Assembly: GCA_045535075.1 (NCBI GenBank)
Contig: JAZSKX010000005.1
Coordinates: 95,924-159,923, forward strand
Reading direction: 5' to 3'
DNA length: 64,000 nucleotides
From: Candidatus Spyradenecus sp.
GTDB lineage: Bacteria > Verrucomicrobiota > Verrucomicrobiia > Opitutales > UBA953
Part shown: one piece after another, positions 1 through 13,530 of the stretch
Position numbering within the stretch: the first letter of the stretch is position 1
Layout of the letters: every line of letters begins with the position of its first letter
Translations under genes and position numbers: made by a program
The notes under the pieces: model-generated
Databases searched by the model: none
What the model saw: the letters and a program-made list of their open reading frames with translations, nothing else
Told to the model about the DNA's origin: nothing

Positions 1-1162
1 CGCAGAAACGATACGCAATTTTAAAGCCTTCGAGAATATGCGCGCGCGCTTCCGCTTTGCGCAGGCGGAACTTCGTGCGGCGCGTGATCACGTCACGGCG
101 GTGCTCGATGAAGCATTCGAGCATTTCGCGAATGTTCATCTGCTTCGGGCGCGTGTGGTCGAGCGCGAGCAAAATCGCACCGAACGACGACTCGAGCGCC
201 GTGTGTTTGTAAAGCTTGTTCATCACGACGCGTTCGGATTCGCCGCGCTTGAGCTCGATGACGATGCGCGTGTTCGCGTCGGATTCGTTACGCAAGTCGC
301 GCACTTCCGTGAGCACTTTGTCCGTAACGAGTTCGGCAATGCGTTTAACGAGGGCTTCGCGGTTGACGTTGTAAGGAATTTCCGTGATGACGATTTGTTC
401 GAAGCCGTTTTTAACTTCTTCGATGTGCGCGGTCCCGCGGACTTTCACGATCCCGCGCCCGGTGCGCAGATATTGCTTAATGCCGTCGGTCCCGCAGATG
501 TAGCCGCCGGTCGGGAAGTCCGGACCTTTAATGATTTCTTCGATTTCGTCGAAAGAAAGCATCGGATTATCGATGAGGCGGCAGCAAACTTCGACGAGCT
601 CGCCGAGGTTGTGCGGCGGAATATTCGTCGCCATGCCGACGGCGATCCCGGTCGAACCGTTTAAGAGCAAGTTCGGGAGCGCACTCGGGAGCACGCTCGG
701 CTCCGTCGTCGATTCCTTGTAGTTCGGTTGAAAATCAACGGTGTCTTCGTCGATATCGCGTAACAAATCTTCGGAAAGTTCCTGCAGGCGGCACTCGGTG
801 TAACGGTAAGCCGCCGCAGAGTCGCCTTCGATCGAGCCGAAGTTGCCCTGCCCGTCCACGAGCGGATAGCGCATGACCCAATCCTGCGTAAGGCGCACGA
901 GCGTATCATAAACGGAGCTGTCGCCGTGCGGGTGGTAGTTTTTCAAAACTTCCCCGACGACGCCCGCGCATTTGTCGTAAGCCGTGTTGTGGCGCAGGCC
1001 TTCCCGCAACATCGCGTAAAGCACGCGGCGTTGCACGGGTTTCAAGCCGTCACGGGCATCCGGGAGCGCACGGGAGACAATAACCGACATCGAGTAATCG
1101 ATGTAAGCGGTCTGCATGATGTCCGTAATATTAGTCGGAGAAAGACGTTCGGTTGTATCCAT
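1..1162 (-). CDS. gyrA: DNA gyrase subunit A (5' part; runs off the left edge)
   Basis: Manual translation from ATG at 1162: MDTTERLSPTNITDIMQTAYIDYSMSVIVSRALPDARDGLKPVQRRVLYAM, the GyrA N-terminus; directly downstream of gyrB. Missing from the ORF track because it has no stop in the window. Confidence 0.95.
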   Translation of the reverse strand, partial: MDTTERLSPTNITDIMQTAYIDYSMSVIVSRALPDARDGLKPVQRRVLYAMLREGLRHNTAYDKCAGVVGEVLKNYHPHGDSSVYDTLVRLTQDWVMRYPLVDGQGNFGSIEGDSAAAYRYTECRLQELSEDLLRDIDEDTVDFQPNYKESTTEPSVLPSALPNLLLNGSTGIAVGMATNIPPHNLGELVEVCCRLIDNPMLSFDEIEEIIKGPDFPTGGYICGTDGIKQYLRTGRGIVKVRGTAHIEEVKNGFEQIVITEIPYNVNREALVKRIAELVTDKVLTEVRDLRNESDANTRIVIELKRGESERVVMNKLYKHTALESSFGAILLALDHTRPKQMNIREMLECFIEHRRDVITRRTKFRLRKAEARAHILEGFKIAYRFC

Positions 1163-1204
1163 TTATTTTTTACAAATTTTAAAATTAAAACTTCGCGGGA
1201 ACGC

Positions 1205-3898
<2,694 letters not shown>

Positions 3899-4020
3899 TT
3901 AGGTTTTATGCGGGGAAAACGTTTTTCGCGCCGACAAAAACCGAGAGGATTTTTCGCCGGAAAAGTGCTTTCGAAAATTTAACTTTGCAGGCGAAAAAAA
4001 TAATCCGCAAAATGCGCGTC

Positions 4021-4809
4021 ATGCTCGCAGAAAAACACTTAGACGAACTCCGCAACTTTGCAGAAAAACTCGCCGATACGGCTCGAGAAATCGTCGCCGG
4101 ATACCACGCCAAATTTCACACCGAAATCGAAATCAAAAATGACGGCTCGCCCGTTACCGTCGCCGACAAGGAATGCGAGCGCATTCTCCGCGCGATGATT
4201 CATGACGCGTTCCCGCAACACGGCATTATCGGTGAAGAATTCGGCAACGAAAACACCGACGCGGAATTCGTCTGGTCGCTCGACCCGATCGACGGCACGA
4301 AATCTTTCGTTTCCCGCGTTTCGCTCTACGGCATCCTTTTCGGACTCTTGCACGAAGGCAAGCCGCTCATCGGCGTCATCGACCAGCCGATTACGCGGGA
4401 ACGCATCATCGGCGACGGGCGCGACACGCGCTACAACGGCGTTCCCGTGCGCGTTTCCGACACTCCGAGCGTCGACAAAGCGCTTCTGCTCACGACGGAT
4501 TTCATCGACTGCGAGACCAAGCACCCGAACGAAAATTGGAACGCCCTGCTTCACCGGGCGCGCCTTTTCCGCACTTGGGGCGATTGCTACGGCTACATGC
4601 TCGTCGCCAACGGGCGTGCCGACATCATGGCGGATCCGGAGCTTTCTCCTTGGGATTTGTACCCGCTTTTGCCGATTCTGCGCGGCGCGGGAGCGGAAGT
4701 AACGGACTGGAACGGGAACGACCCGCTCCACGCCAAATCCATTCTTGCCGCCAATCCGCGCCTCCACGCCGAAGCGTTGGCAATTTTAAACACCCCGCCC
4801 AATCCCTGA
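4021..4809 (+). CDS. hisN: Inositol monophosphatase family protein, histidinol-phosphatase (HisN)-like
   Basis: SPVTVAD, GEEFG, LDPIDGTKSF, WGDCYGY, LSPWD; start at ATG 4021 (or 4012). Confidence 0.75.
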   Translation: MLAEKHLDELRNFAEKLADTAREIVAGYHAKFHTEIEIKNDGSPVTVADKECERILRAMIHDAFPQHGIIGEEFGNENTDAEFVWSLDPIDGTKSFVSRVSLYGILFGLLHEGKPLIGVIDQPITRERIIGDGRDTRYNGVPVRVSDTPSVDKALLLTTDFIDCETKHPNENWNALLHRARLFRTWGDCYGYMLVANGRADIMADPELSPWDLYPLLPILRGAGAEVTDWNGNDPLHAKSILAANPRLHAEALAILNTPPNP

Positions 4810-4824
4810 AGTCGCGAATCTGAA

Positions 4825-5649
4825 TCAGCGTCGGGTGATTTTGATGAGCCAAGCGGCAAAAAAGACGAGTGATTCGGCGACGACGACCGACGCACCGGCG
4901 GGAAGCCCGTCGATGTAATAAGACGCGTAGAGCCCGGCAATTCCGGTAAAAATCGAAATTGCGACAGCAAGCGCCATCATTTTTCCGACGGATTTTGTGA
5001 GCAGTTGCGCCGAAGCCGCGGGAATGACGAGAAGCGCCGTCGTCAGCAGCGCGCCGATAATGCGCACGGAAGCGACCGAAGCGAGCGCAACGCACGCAAG
5101 AAAGAGAATTTGCATCAGCTGCGGACGCGTTCCCGAAAGTTGTGCGTATTCAGGATCGCAGCTTGCGAGTTTCAACGGAATACGAAAAAACGCAAAAAAC
5201 ACAAGCACGCAAGCGGTCGTTCCCGTAGCGACCCAAAGATCGGATTCCGTAACACCGAGAATACTTCCGAAAAGCACGCTCGAAAAATCGCGGAACGACT
5301 GCGTCAGCGCCATCAGCAAAATTCCCAAGGCGAACATAAACGCGAGCAAAACGCCGATTGCGGAATCTTCGGAAACTTTTTGTCGGGACGAAAGCAAGCC
5401 GACTCCGAACGCCGTGGCAAGCGCCGCGACAAACGCGCCGAGATAAAGGGAAACCCCTAAAAGCGCCGCTGCGACAATGCCCGGCAAAATCGTATGCGAA
5501 AGCGCGGAGGTGATAAAAACGCTTTTACGCAAAACGACATAACATCCGAGCGTTGCCGTGGAAATTCCGATGAGAATGATGCTCGCAAACGCATGAAGCA
5601 TGAAATCGAACTCCAGAGGTTCGCAAAGCCGATTAAACAGCATTTCCAT
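4825..5649 (-). CDS. Zn/Mn/Fe ABC transporter permease (ZnuB/MntB family)
   Basis: LGCYVVLRK, ALSHTILPG, EDSAIG, LFGSILGV, multiple TM helices; start trimmed to ATG 5649, next to the ATPase stop. Confidence 0.9.
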   Translation of the reverse strand: MEMLFNRLCEPLEFDFMLHAFASIILIGISTATLGCYVVLRKSVFITSALSHTILPGIVAAALLGVSLYLGAFVAALATAFGVGLLSSRQKVSEDSAIGVLLAFMFALGILLMALTQSFRDFSSVLFGSILGVTESDLWVATGTTACVLVFFAFFRIPLKLASCDPEYAQLSGTRPQLMQILFLACVALASVASVRIIGALLTTALLVIPAASAQLLTKSVGKMMALAVAISIFTGIAGLYASYYIDGLPAGASVVVAESLVFFAAWLIKITRR

Positions 5650-5650
5650 T

Positions 5651-6379
5651 TTAAAAAATCTCCACAAAATGCTCGCGGCAGGAACAGGCACGCACGGTGT
5701 GCAACTGCGACTGTCGAATTTCCAAAATGCAATCGAAATGCCCGAGTGCGTCCGCGACGTCATGCGTTGCCATAATCAGCGTGAGCGACTCGCCGGTTTT
5801 TCCGAAAAGTATTTCGTCCATAATATCACGGGAACGCGTATCCAAGCCGACGTAAGGTTCGTCGAGCAAAAGCAGGCGTGCCTCCCGGCAAAGCGCGCGC
5901 GCGAGCAAAACGCGTTGTTGCTGTCCGCCGGAAAGTTCGCCGATATTTCGGCGTGAAAGTTCGGTAAGTTTCAGTTTTTCCAAGGCTTCGTCGGCTTTTT
6001 CCCAATCGTGTTTTGTATTTCCGGCAAAAAAACTTTTGCGTGCGCGACGTCCGAAAACGACCATTTCCCGCACGGAAATCGGGAATGCCCAATCAATTCG
6101 GGAACGCTGGGCAAGGTAGCATAAATCGGGAATTTTCGCTTCCGGCGACTTCCCGAAAATTTTTACCGTTCCCGCAATCGGCGGGAGCACACCGGAAAGC
6201 GTGCGCAACAAGGTTGATTTCCCGCTTCCGTTTGCGCCGACAAGCGCGGCGCGGCATTTTTCGGGAATCGTCAGGTCGATTCCGCTTAAAACCGCTTCGC
6301 AAAGCCCCGGCGGCGCGACGGCGAGCCCGTCCGCTTTTATCGGCGGCGCGGCAACGGTAAAGCCTGAAAAATTGCTCAT
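5651..6379 (-). CDS. Zn/Mn ABC transporter ATP-binding protein (ZnuC family)
   Basis: GANGSGKST, IDWAFPISV, LSGGQQQRV, LLLDEP. Confidence 0.9.
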   Translation of the reverse strand: MSNFSGFTVAAPPIKADGLAVAPPGLCEAVLSGIDLTIPEKCRAALVGANGSGKSTLLRTLSGVLPPIAGTVKIFGKSPEAKIPDLCYLAQRSRIDWAFPISVREMVVFGRRARKSFFAGNTKHDWEKADEALEKLKLTELSRRNIGELSGGQQQRVLLARALCREARLLLLDEPYVGLDTRSRDIMDEILFGKTGESLTLIMATHDVADALGHFDCILEIRQSQLHTVRACSCREHFVEIF

Positions 6380-6396
6380 AAAAAAGCTTTTAGACG

Positions 6397-7143
6397 CTAA
6401 AGCTCGAAATCGGCGGGAGCGATGAGCACGACGAATTCACCCTTGAGATTGCGCCCGACGAGCTTCGGCAAGACATCGGCAATCGTTCCCGTGAGGACGG
6501 TTTCATGAAGCTTGGTGAGTTCCCGCGCAAAACAAACAACGCGTTCATTGCCGAGAACTTCCGCAATTTCCTCCGCAAAAGCACGAATACGATGGCAGGA
6601 TTCGTAGACGGCAAGCGTGATTTTCGAATCCCGATTTTCATCAAGGAACCGCCGACGCGCGGCAGTTTTCGGAGGAAGAAATCCGTGATACGCGAAAGCA
6701 TTCGTCGGCAACCCGCTAACGGAAAGCGCCGTAATCAACGCGCAAGGGCCGGGAATCGGTTCGACGGCAAGCCCGCGTCGGCGGCACTCGCGCACGACAC
6801 GGAATCCGGGGTCGGAAAGCGTCGGCGTTCCCGCATCGCAGACGAGTGCGACGCGTGCGCCGCTTTCGATTTTGGCGGCAATCCCGGCGGCGGAAGCTTG
6901 TTCATTGTGTTCGTGATAAGCGATAAGCGGGCGCTCGATACCGAATTTCCGAAGCAGGTTTCCGGTCGTACGCGTATCCTCGCAGGCAATACAATCGGCG
7001 TTTTCCAAAGTCTCTCTCGCGCGCGAAGACAAGTCGGAAAGATTACCGATCGGCGTCGCCACAACGCTCAAGCGCGGCACACCGCCGTTGGCGGGAACGT
7101 CGTTTTCGTGAGAAGGGAAATCTTCGTCAATCGCTTTATTCAT
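6397..7143 (-). CDS. rsmI: 16S rRNA (cytidine1402-2'-O)-methyltransferase
   Basis: VATPIGNLSD, IACEDTR, DAGTPTLSDPG, RELTKLHE. Confidence 0.93.
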   Translation of the reverse strand: MNKAIDEDFPSHENDVPANGGVPRLSVVATPIGNLSDLSSRARETLENADCIACEDTRTTGNLLRKFGIERPLIAYHEHNEQASAAGIAAKIESGARVALVCDAGTPTLSDPGFRVVRECRRRGLAVEPIPGPCALITALSVSGLPTNAFAYHGFLPPKTAARRRFLDENRDSKITLAVYESCHRIRAFAEEIAEVLGNERVVCFARELTKLHETVLTGTIADVLPKLVGRNLKGEFVVLIAPADFEL

Positions 7144-7147
7144 AGCT

Positions 7148-8338
7148 TCATTGCACAACCATAAGCCAATTTTCGCAACGGAAATTCGAATCGTCGCATG
7201 TTAAGGCAAGCGCCTGTTTTTCCAAGCGGAACACAATTCGCGGGAACGGCGGCGGCTCAACCGGATTTATTTTTTTCACAAGAGAAGCGCTCCAAAACTT
7301 TTTGGCGCTTTCCGTCGTAATTCCCGACATCGACAGATAGCGCGTACGCAGAAGGTTTGAATTCGCATGTCCCATTTCCTGTTGCAACAGGTGAAAATTC
7401 TTAAAAAACTTTGCATGGTAGCTCGCAAACGTATGGCGCAAAACATCCTGCTGCCAAGTTATTCCGCCGATATTCCATCCGGCGGATCGCCGCACGCTGA
7501 GCCAGCGTTTATCAAAATTTCTCGGAACAATGAGTTCCTGCGCAAACGCTTTGGAGCGGATTTTGGATTTATGCTCCGACAACAACGCACGCAACGGCTT
7601 GTGAATCGTAACATGGCGGGCTCCGCCGGTTTTTGAGTTGTAAGGCAAAATACGCACGACGTTTTCTTCCAAATCAATATCGCCCCAACGCAAACGGGAA
7701 ACTTCCCGCGGACGAATTCCCCCGAAGAGCATCAGCCCCAGGGGCACCAGACAAGTCCCGGATTCGCATTCGCGCGCCGCCGCCACAAGCTCGCGGATTT
7801 CTTTCAGTGTCAAAGGAATAATCTCTTTTTCCCTCACATGCGGAATCGGCGTTGCGGTAACGGGATTGAAACTTACCCAGCGCCGTTTTTCCGCATAGGA
7901 AAAAATAGAGTGCAAGATTGAGCGCCCTTTGCGCCGCTGCTGTGAAGTCGGGAACACCGTATCAAGAATTTCCTGAATATGCTCATTCGTCACGGCGCGT
8001 GCCCGCCGCCGGAAAAATTCCGGATAGCGTTCACTGATGCGATGAATCGCTTGCTTATAATCGCGCTCCGTGCGGGAACGCCAAGACTCTTTTTTCTCGC
8101 AGAAAATCTGATAAAGCTTAGCGACGGAAACACTTTGCCGATTGCGGGAAAGACTTTCCTGACCAAGCTGAATGACCTTGCGCAGCGAATTTATTTTGCG
8201 AGCCCTCCCCGCAGCTTCTCTAAGCTCGAGAACAAGCCGCGCGGCATCCGTCAGGCTCAACGCCGTTCCCGCGAGCAAAACACGCGCCGCTGCTGCATCA
8301 TTATCAACGATGAATTTATTCTGTTCTTTCATACTCAT
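7148..8338 (-). CDS. Tyrosine recombinase/integrase
   Basis: GIRPREV (R), SKTG (K), DVLRHTFASY (HxxR box with D in place of H), MGH, TRYL (Y). Confidence 0.88.
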   Translation of the reverse strand: MSMKEQNKFIVDNDAAAARVLLAGTALSLTDAARLVLELREAAGRARKINSLRKVIQLGQESLSRNRQSVSVAKLYQIFCEKKESWRSRTERDYKQAIHRISERYPEFFRRRARAVTNEHIQEILDTVFPTSQQRRKGRSILHSIFSYAEKRRWVSFNPVTATPIPHVREKEIIPLTLKEIRELVAAARECESGTCLVPLGLMLFGGIRPREVSRLRWGDIDLEENVVRILPYNSKTGGARHVTIHKPLRALLSEHKSKIRSKAFAQELIVPRNFDKRWLSVRRSAGWNIGGITWQQDVLRHTFASYHAKFFKNFHLLQQEMGHANSNLLRTRYLSMSGITTESAKKFWSASLVKKINPVEPPPFPRIVFRLEKQALALTCDDSNFRCENWLMVVQ

Positions 8339-8461
8339 AGAAAAAAGCCATTAGACAACGGACAATCGCACCTGCAAAGGCACAACGTTTTTTCTTGTTC
8401 GTTCACGGAAGAAAGTTAGAATTTGACCTTTTGAATTTTTAATACTCAGACACCGAAGACA

Positions 8462-10255
8462 ATGCTGCGCACACACACCTGCAACTGTTTAACCACCGCC
8501 GACGCGGGCAAAAAAGTCACGCTCATCGGTTGGGTCGACACCGTCCGCGACCTCGGCGGCGTCCGCTTCGTCGATCTGCGCGACCGCGAAGGCATCACGC
8601 AAATCGTTTTCAATCCGTCGAATGCCGCCGTCCACGAAATCGCTAAAAATCTCAAAGACGAATCCGTCATTCAAGTTACGGGAACGGTAACCCTGCGCGA
8701 TGCGGATACGATTAACGAAAAACTCGCTACGGGAACGATCGAAGTCGTCGCCGAAAACATTGTGATCGAAAACGTCTGCGCACCGCTTCCCTTCCCGATG
8801 GACGACGACAAGGCGGACAAAGTCAACGAAGACCTTCGCGGCGAATTCCGCTATCTTGACATCCGCCGCCCGCGCAATTTGAACCTGCTTCGTATGCGCG
8901 CAAAAGCCGGACTCGCCGTCCGAAATTATCTGGACGAACAAGCTTTTGTCGAAGTGGAAACGCCGACGCTTTTCAAAAGCACGCCGGAAGGCGCCCGCGA
9001 ATTTCTCGTGCCTTCCCGCCTGAATCCGGGTCATTTCTACGCGCTCACGCAATCGCCGCAACAATACAAGCAAATGCTCATGGTCGGCGGCATTGAGCGT
9101 TACTACCAAATGGCGCGTTGTTACCGCGACGAAGACCTGCGCGCCGACCGCCAGCCGGAATTCACGCAAGTCGACATCGAAATGTCCTTCATTGAACGCG
9201 AAGATATTTATGCGCTCATCGAAGGCATGCTCAAACGCGTTTGGAAAGAAGTGCTCAACGTCGATATTCCGACGCCGTTCCCGCGCATGCCGTACAAGGA
9301 AGCGATGGATCGCTACGGCGTTGACAAACCCGACACGCGTTTCGGCATCGAAATCACGGATTTCACGGATCTTTTCAAAAACTCCGCGTTCAAGGTCTTC
9401 AACTCCGTCGCCAACTCCGCAAACGGCGTCGTCCGCGCCATCAACGCAAAAGGCTTGGAAGACATCACGCAAGGCGAACTCACGAATCTTGAAAATATCG
9501 CCAAGTCGCTCGGAGCCAAGGGGCTCGCGTTCATCAAATCCGCCAACGGCGAATGGAAATCTCCGATTCTGAAATTCTTCTCCGACGAAGAAAAAGCCGC
9601 CCTCAAGGAAAAACTTAACATCGAAGACGGCGACATCGTATTCTTCGCCGCCGCGCCGTGGGAACAAGCGTCTGCCATTCTCGGACGTATCCGCCTCGAA
9701 GCGGCAAAATTGCTTCAGGCACGCGGTAAGCTCGAAATTTCGCCGAATCAATTCAACTTCCTTTGGGTTATTGAGTTCCCGCTCATGCTCTGGGATGAAG
9801 AACAAAACCGCTTCGTCTCCGCGCACCACCCGTTCACCGCGCCCGTCAAGGAAGACGTGCCGTTGCTCGATTCCGACCCGAAAGCCGTGCGCGGCCAGCA
9901 CTACGACATCGTGCTCAACGGTGTTGAACTCGGCGGCGGTTCGATTCGTATCCACAATCCGAACATGCAGAAAAAAGTTTTCGAAGACGTGCTCGCGATT
10001 CCGAAAGACGTTGTCGAATCCCGCTTCGGCTACATGCTCAAAGCGTTCAGCTACGGCGCACCGCCGCACGGCGGGATCGCGCTCGGATTCGACCGCCTCG
10101 TTACAATGCTTGCCGGACGCAGCTCGATTCGCGATTTGCTCGCGTTCCCGAAGACGCAACGCGGGCAGGATCTCATGGCGCAATGTCCGTCCGCCGTTAC
10201 GGAAAAACAACTCAAGGACGTTCACATCAAAGTCCGCGACGAAGAACAGCTCTAA
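8462..10255 (+). CDS. aspS: Aspartate--tRNA ligase
   Basis: RTHTC, STPEGAREFLVP, QSPQQYKQ, RDEDLRADRQPEFTQ, PPHGGIALGFDR. Confidence 0.98.
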   Translation: MLRTHTCNCLTTADAGKKVTLIGWVDTVRDLGGVRFVDLRDREGITQIVFNPSNAAVHEIAKNLKDESVIQVTGTVTLRDADTINEKLATGTIEVVAENIVIENVCAPLPFPMDDDKADKVNEDLRGEFRYLDIRRPRNLNLLRMRAKAGLAVRNYLDEQAFVEVETPTLFKSTPEGAREFLVPSRLNPGHFYALTQSPQQYKQMLMVGGIERYYQMARCYRDEDLRADRQPEFTQVDIEMSFIEREDIYALIEGMLKRVWKEVLNVDIPTPFPRMPYKEAMDRYGVDKPDTRFGIEITDFTDLFKNSAFKVFNSVANSANGVVRAINAKGLEDITQGELTNLENIAKSLGAKGLAFIKSANGEWKSPILKFFSDEEKAALKEKLNIEDGDIVFFAAAPWEQASAILGRIRLEAAKLLQARGKLEISPNQFNFLWVIEFPLMLWDEEQNRFVSAHHPFTAPVKEDVPLLDSDPKAVRGQHYDIVLNGVELGGGSIRIHNPNMQKKVFEDVLAIPKDVVESRFGYMLKAFSYGAPPHGGIALGFDRLVTMLAGRSSIRDLLAFPKTQRGQDLMAQCPSAVTEKQLKDVHIKVRDEEQL

Positions 10256-10268
10256 GTGTTCCCGCAGA

Positions 10269-10310
10269 CAAAAAAAGCGTTCCCGTGAATTCGCGGGAAC
10301 GCTTTTTTTG
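10269..10310 (+). terminator. Intrinsic terminator built from an inverted pair of the GTTCCCG motif
   Basis: caaaaaaagcgttcccgtgaattcgcgggaacgctttttttg just after the aspS stop. Confidence 0.9.
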
Positions 10311-10402
10311 TAAGTAAAGTCCGCATCTGCTCCACCCTCAAAAACAAATTTAATTCTCGACGACGCTTGTAGGATTTAGGAGAATTCTAAAAAACCTCAA
10401 CT

Positions 10403-11296
10403 ATGAAAACCATGTTCAAAAAACTACTCGGATTCGCGGCTGTCGCCGCATTTTCAGCAGGAACACTTGCATGCTCCGCTAAAAGCGTTCCCGTTGACGG
10501 GCATCCGGAAAGCGTCGTCGAAGAAGACGATCATTACTACATTGCCGTTGTCGGCAAGCAACTCGAACCGACCCGCAAAGACGGCGACGGCTTCATACTC
10601 AAAGTCAACCGCCGCGGGAAAATCATTTCTCCGAATGCGTTCCCGCAGGTAAAACTCGACGCCCCGAAGGGCGCAATTGTCGAAGACGACGTGCTTTACG
10701 TTGCCGATGTCGACCGCATCGTCGGCATCAATTTGCGCACGGGAACGCAAGTCTGCAACGTCGATATGTCATCCACAGGAGCACAGTTTTTGAACGACAT
10801 CGTTGAAGAAGAGGATTTTCTTTACGTTTCGGCGACCGACATCAATAAGATTTTCCGCATTGATATGCGTTCGTGGAAGTTTGAAGAAGTTCCCGTCTCC
10901 GAGCCGCTCAACGCGCCCAACGGATTGGCAATCGAACACGGATTTCTCTACATCGGCGAGTATGCGAGCGATGCCGCCGGGCAACCTGCCGGGAGAATCA
11001 AAAAAATCCCTCTCGCCGGCAACGGACCACGCCCGGTTTCCGTTGTTTACAGCGTTCCGGGAATGTACGACGGTCTCATTGTACGGGAAGTCGAAGATAT
11101 CTTCGACCGGGAAACGGATTATCTCTACTTCTCGGACTGGGCGAGCCAATCCGTCAAGCGCATTAACCTGGCAACCAGTGCAGTCGAAACCGTCACGAAA
11201 GTTCCCGTAGCCGGACCGGCGGATTTCATTATTGAGGACGACAAGCTTTGGCTTCCCGCGATGCCGGAGCGGAAAGTACTCATCCAAACGCTCTAA
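10403..11296 (+). CDS. Exported (probable lipoprotein) beta-propeller protein, SMP-30/gluconolactonase-like
   Basis: Signal peptide ending TLAC; blade motifs PESV, LDAPKG, FLNDI, PNGL, DGL, GPADF. Confidence 0.7.
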   Translation: MKTMFKKLLGFAAVAAFSAGTLACSAKSVPVDGHPESVVEEDDHYYIAVVGKQLEPTRKDGDGFILKVNRRGKIISPNAFPQVKLDAPKGAIVEDDVLYVADVDRIVGINLRTGTQVCNVDMSSTGAQFLNDIVEEEDFLYVSATDINKIFRIDMRSWKFEEVPVSEPLNAPNGLAIEHGFLYIGEYASDAAGQPAGRIKKIPLAGNGPRPVSVVYSVPGMYDGLIVREVEDIFDRETDYLYFSDWASQSVKRINLATSAVETVTKVPVAGPADFIIEDDKLWLPAMPERKVLIQTL

Positions 11297-11317
11297 TTCA
11301 GCGCGAAGATACAAAAT

Positions 11318-11361
11318 AATCGGCATCCGAGACAGACGAAACGTCGAATCGGGTGCCGATT
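11318..11361. terminator. Hairpin between convergent genes (probable bidirectional terminator)
   Basis: aatcggcatccga...tcgggtgccgatt 13-bp stem with A/T-rich flanks. Confidence 0.7.
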
Positions 11362-11367
11362 TTATTA

Positions 11368-12378
11368 TTACATTGCGTTAAAATCTCGAGCGTAAGCTTC
11401 TGCAAAATAAGTCAGAATCAAATCCGCTCCCGCGCGCCGAATCGCCAACAGAGATTCATCTCGACAAGCTTTTAAATCCAACCAGCCGAGTTGCGCCGCC
11501 GCCTGAATTTGCGCGTATTCGCCGGAAACCTGATAAGCCGCTACGGGCAAAAGCGTGTGTTCCCGTACGTCCCGAATCACGTCCAGATAAACACCCGCCG
11601 GCTTGACCATCACCATATCAGCGCTTTCCGTTTCGTCGGCGAGCGCTTCGCGAATCGCTTCACGCCGGTTTGTCGGCGCGAGTTGATAAGTCTTTTTTGT
11701 CAAACCCGTTACTTTGTTCGGAGCATTTTTCTTACTTCCGACGGCATCGCGGAACGGCCCGTAATACGCCGAAGCGAACTTAGCCGAATACGCGAGGATG
11801 CCGGTTTGCGTCAATCCGGCAAGGTCCAACGCTTCACGAATCGCCGCAATCCGCCCGTCCATCATGTCCGACGGAGCCACAAAGTCCGCTCCCGCGCGCG
11901 CATTTTCGACAGCCATGCGGCAAAGAATTTCGACGGAGGCATCGTTTTCCACATCCGTTCCCGCGGTATTGATTACGCCGTCGTGTCCGTGCGTCGTATA
12001 GGGATCGAGCGCGATGTCGGCAAAAATCACGCATTCGGGAACGGCTTTTTTCACGGCACGAATCGCGCGGCAAACAAGGCAATCCGGATTCGTCGCTTCC
12101 CGCCCGTCCGGCGTTTTTTTGTCATCGGGCGTTTTCGGAAACAACGCCACGCCATAAACGCCGAGCGCGACAAGCTCGCGGCACTTTTCGACGAGTTGCG
12201 GAATCGGCAAACGCTCGATTCCCGGCATGGATTCAACGGCTTCAGGCGTTTCGCCTTCCGTTACAAAAACCGGTTGAATCAATTGCGCGGGAACGAGTTG
12301 CGTTTCGGCAAGCATCGCGCGAATTCCCGCATTGGCGCGCAAACGGCGCATCCGGAGAGGAATGTCAAAATTTTTCAT
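11368..12378 (-). CDS. hemB: Porphobilinogen synthase (Asp-rich, non-Zn type)
   Basis: RMRRLR, DIALDPYTTHGHDG, APSDMMDGRI, YYGPFRDA, MVKPA, AYQVSGEY. Confidence 0.96.
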   Translation of the reverse strand: MKNFDIPLRMRRLRANAGIRAMLAETQLVPAQLIQPVFVTEGETPEAVESMPGIERLPIPQLVEKCRELVALGVYGVALFPKTPDDKKTPDGREATNPDCLVCRAIRAVKKAVPECVIFADIALDPYTTHGHDGVINTAGTDVENDASVEILCRMAVENARAGADFVAPSDMMDGRIAAIREALDLAGLTQTGILAYSAKFASAYYGPFRDAVGSKKNAPNKVTGLTKKTYQLAPTNRREAIREALADETESADMVMVKPAGVYLDVIRDVREHTLLPVAAYQVSGEYAQIQAAAQLGWLDLKACRDESLLAIRRAGADLILTYFAEAYARDFNAM

Positions 12379-12421
12379 AATCAGGGGAAAATACGCCGAC
12401 AAAAAGCATAACGCCAACTAA

Positions 12422-13501
<1,080 letters not shown>

Positions 13502-13530
13502 ATTCTAATTTTCAATTTTTTAATCTTTTC

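Noticed and set aside
7148..8338. Prophage or ICE around the integrase
   Set aside because: Flanks are housekeeping genes; no att repeats, cargo or compositional boundary.
10258..10310. Motif clusters as a CRISPR array or REP/MITE family
   Set aside because: No regularly spaced 25-40 bp repeats or cas genes; conservation is limited to 7-12 bp and most copies are single and intragenic.
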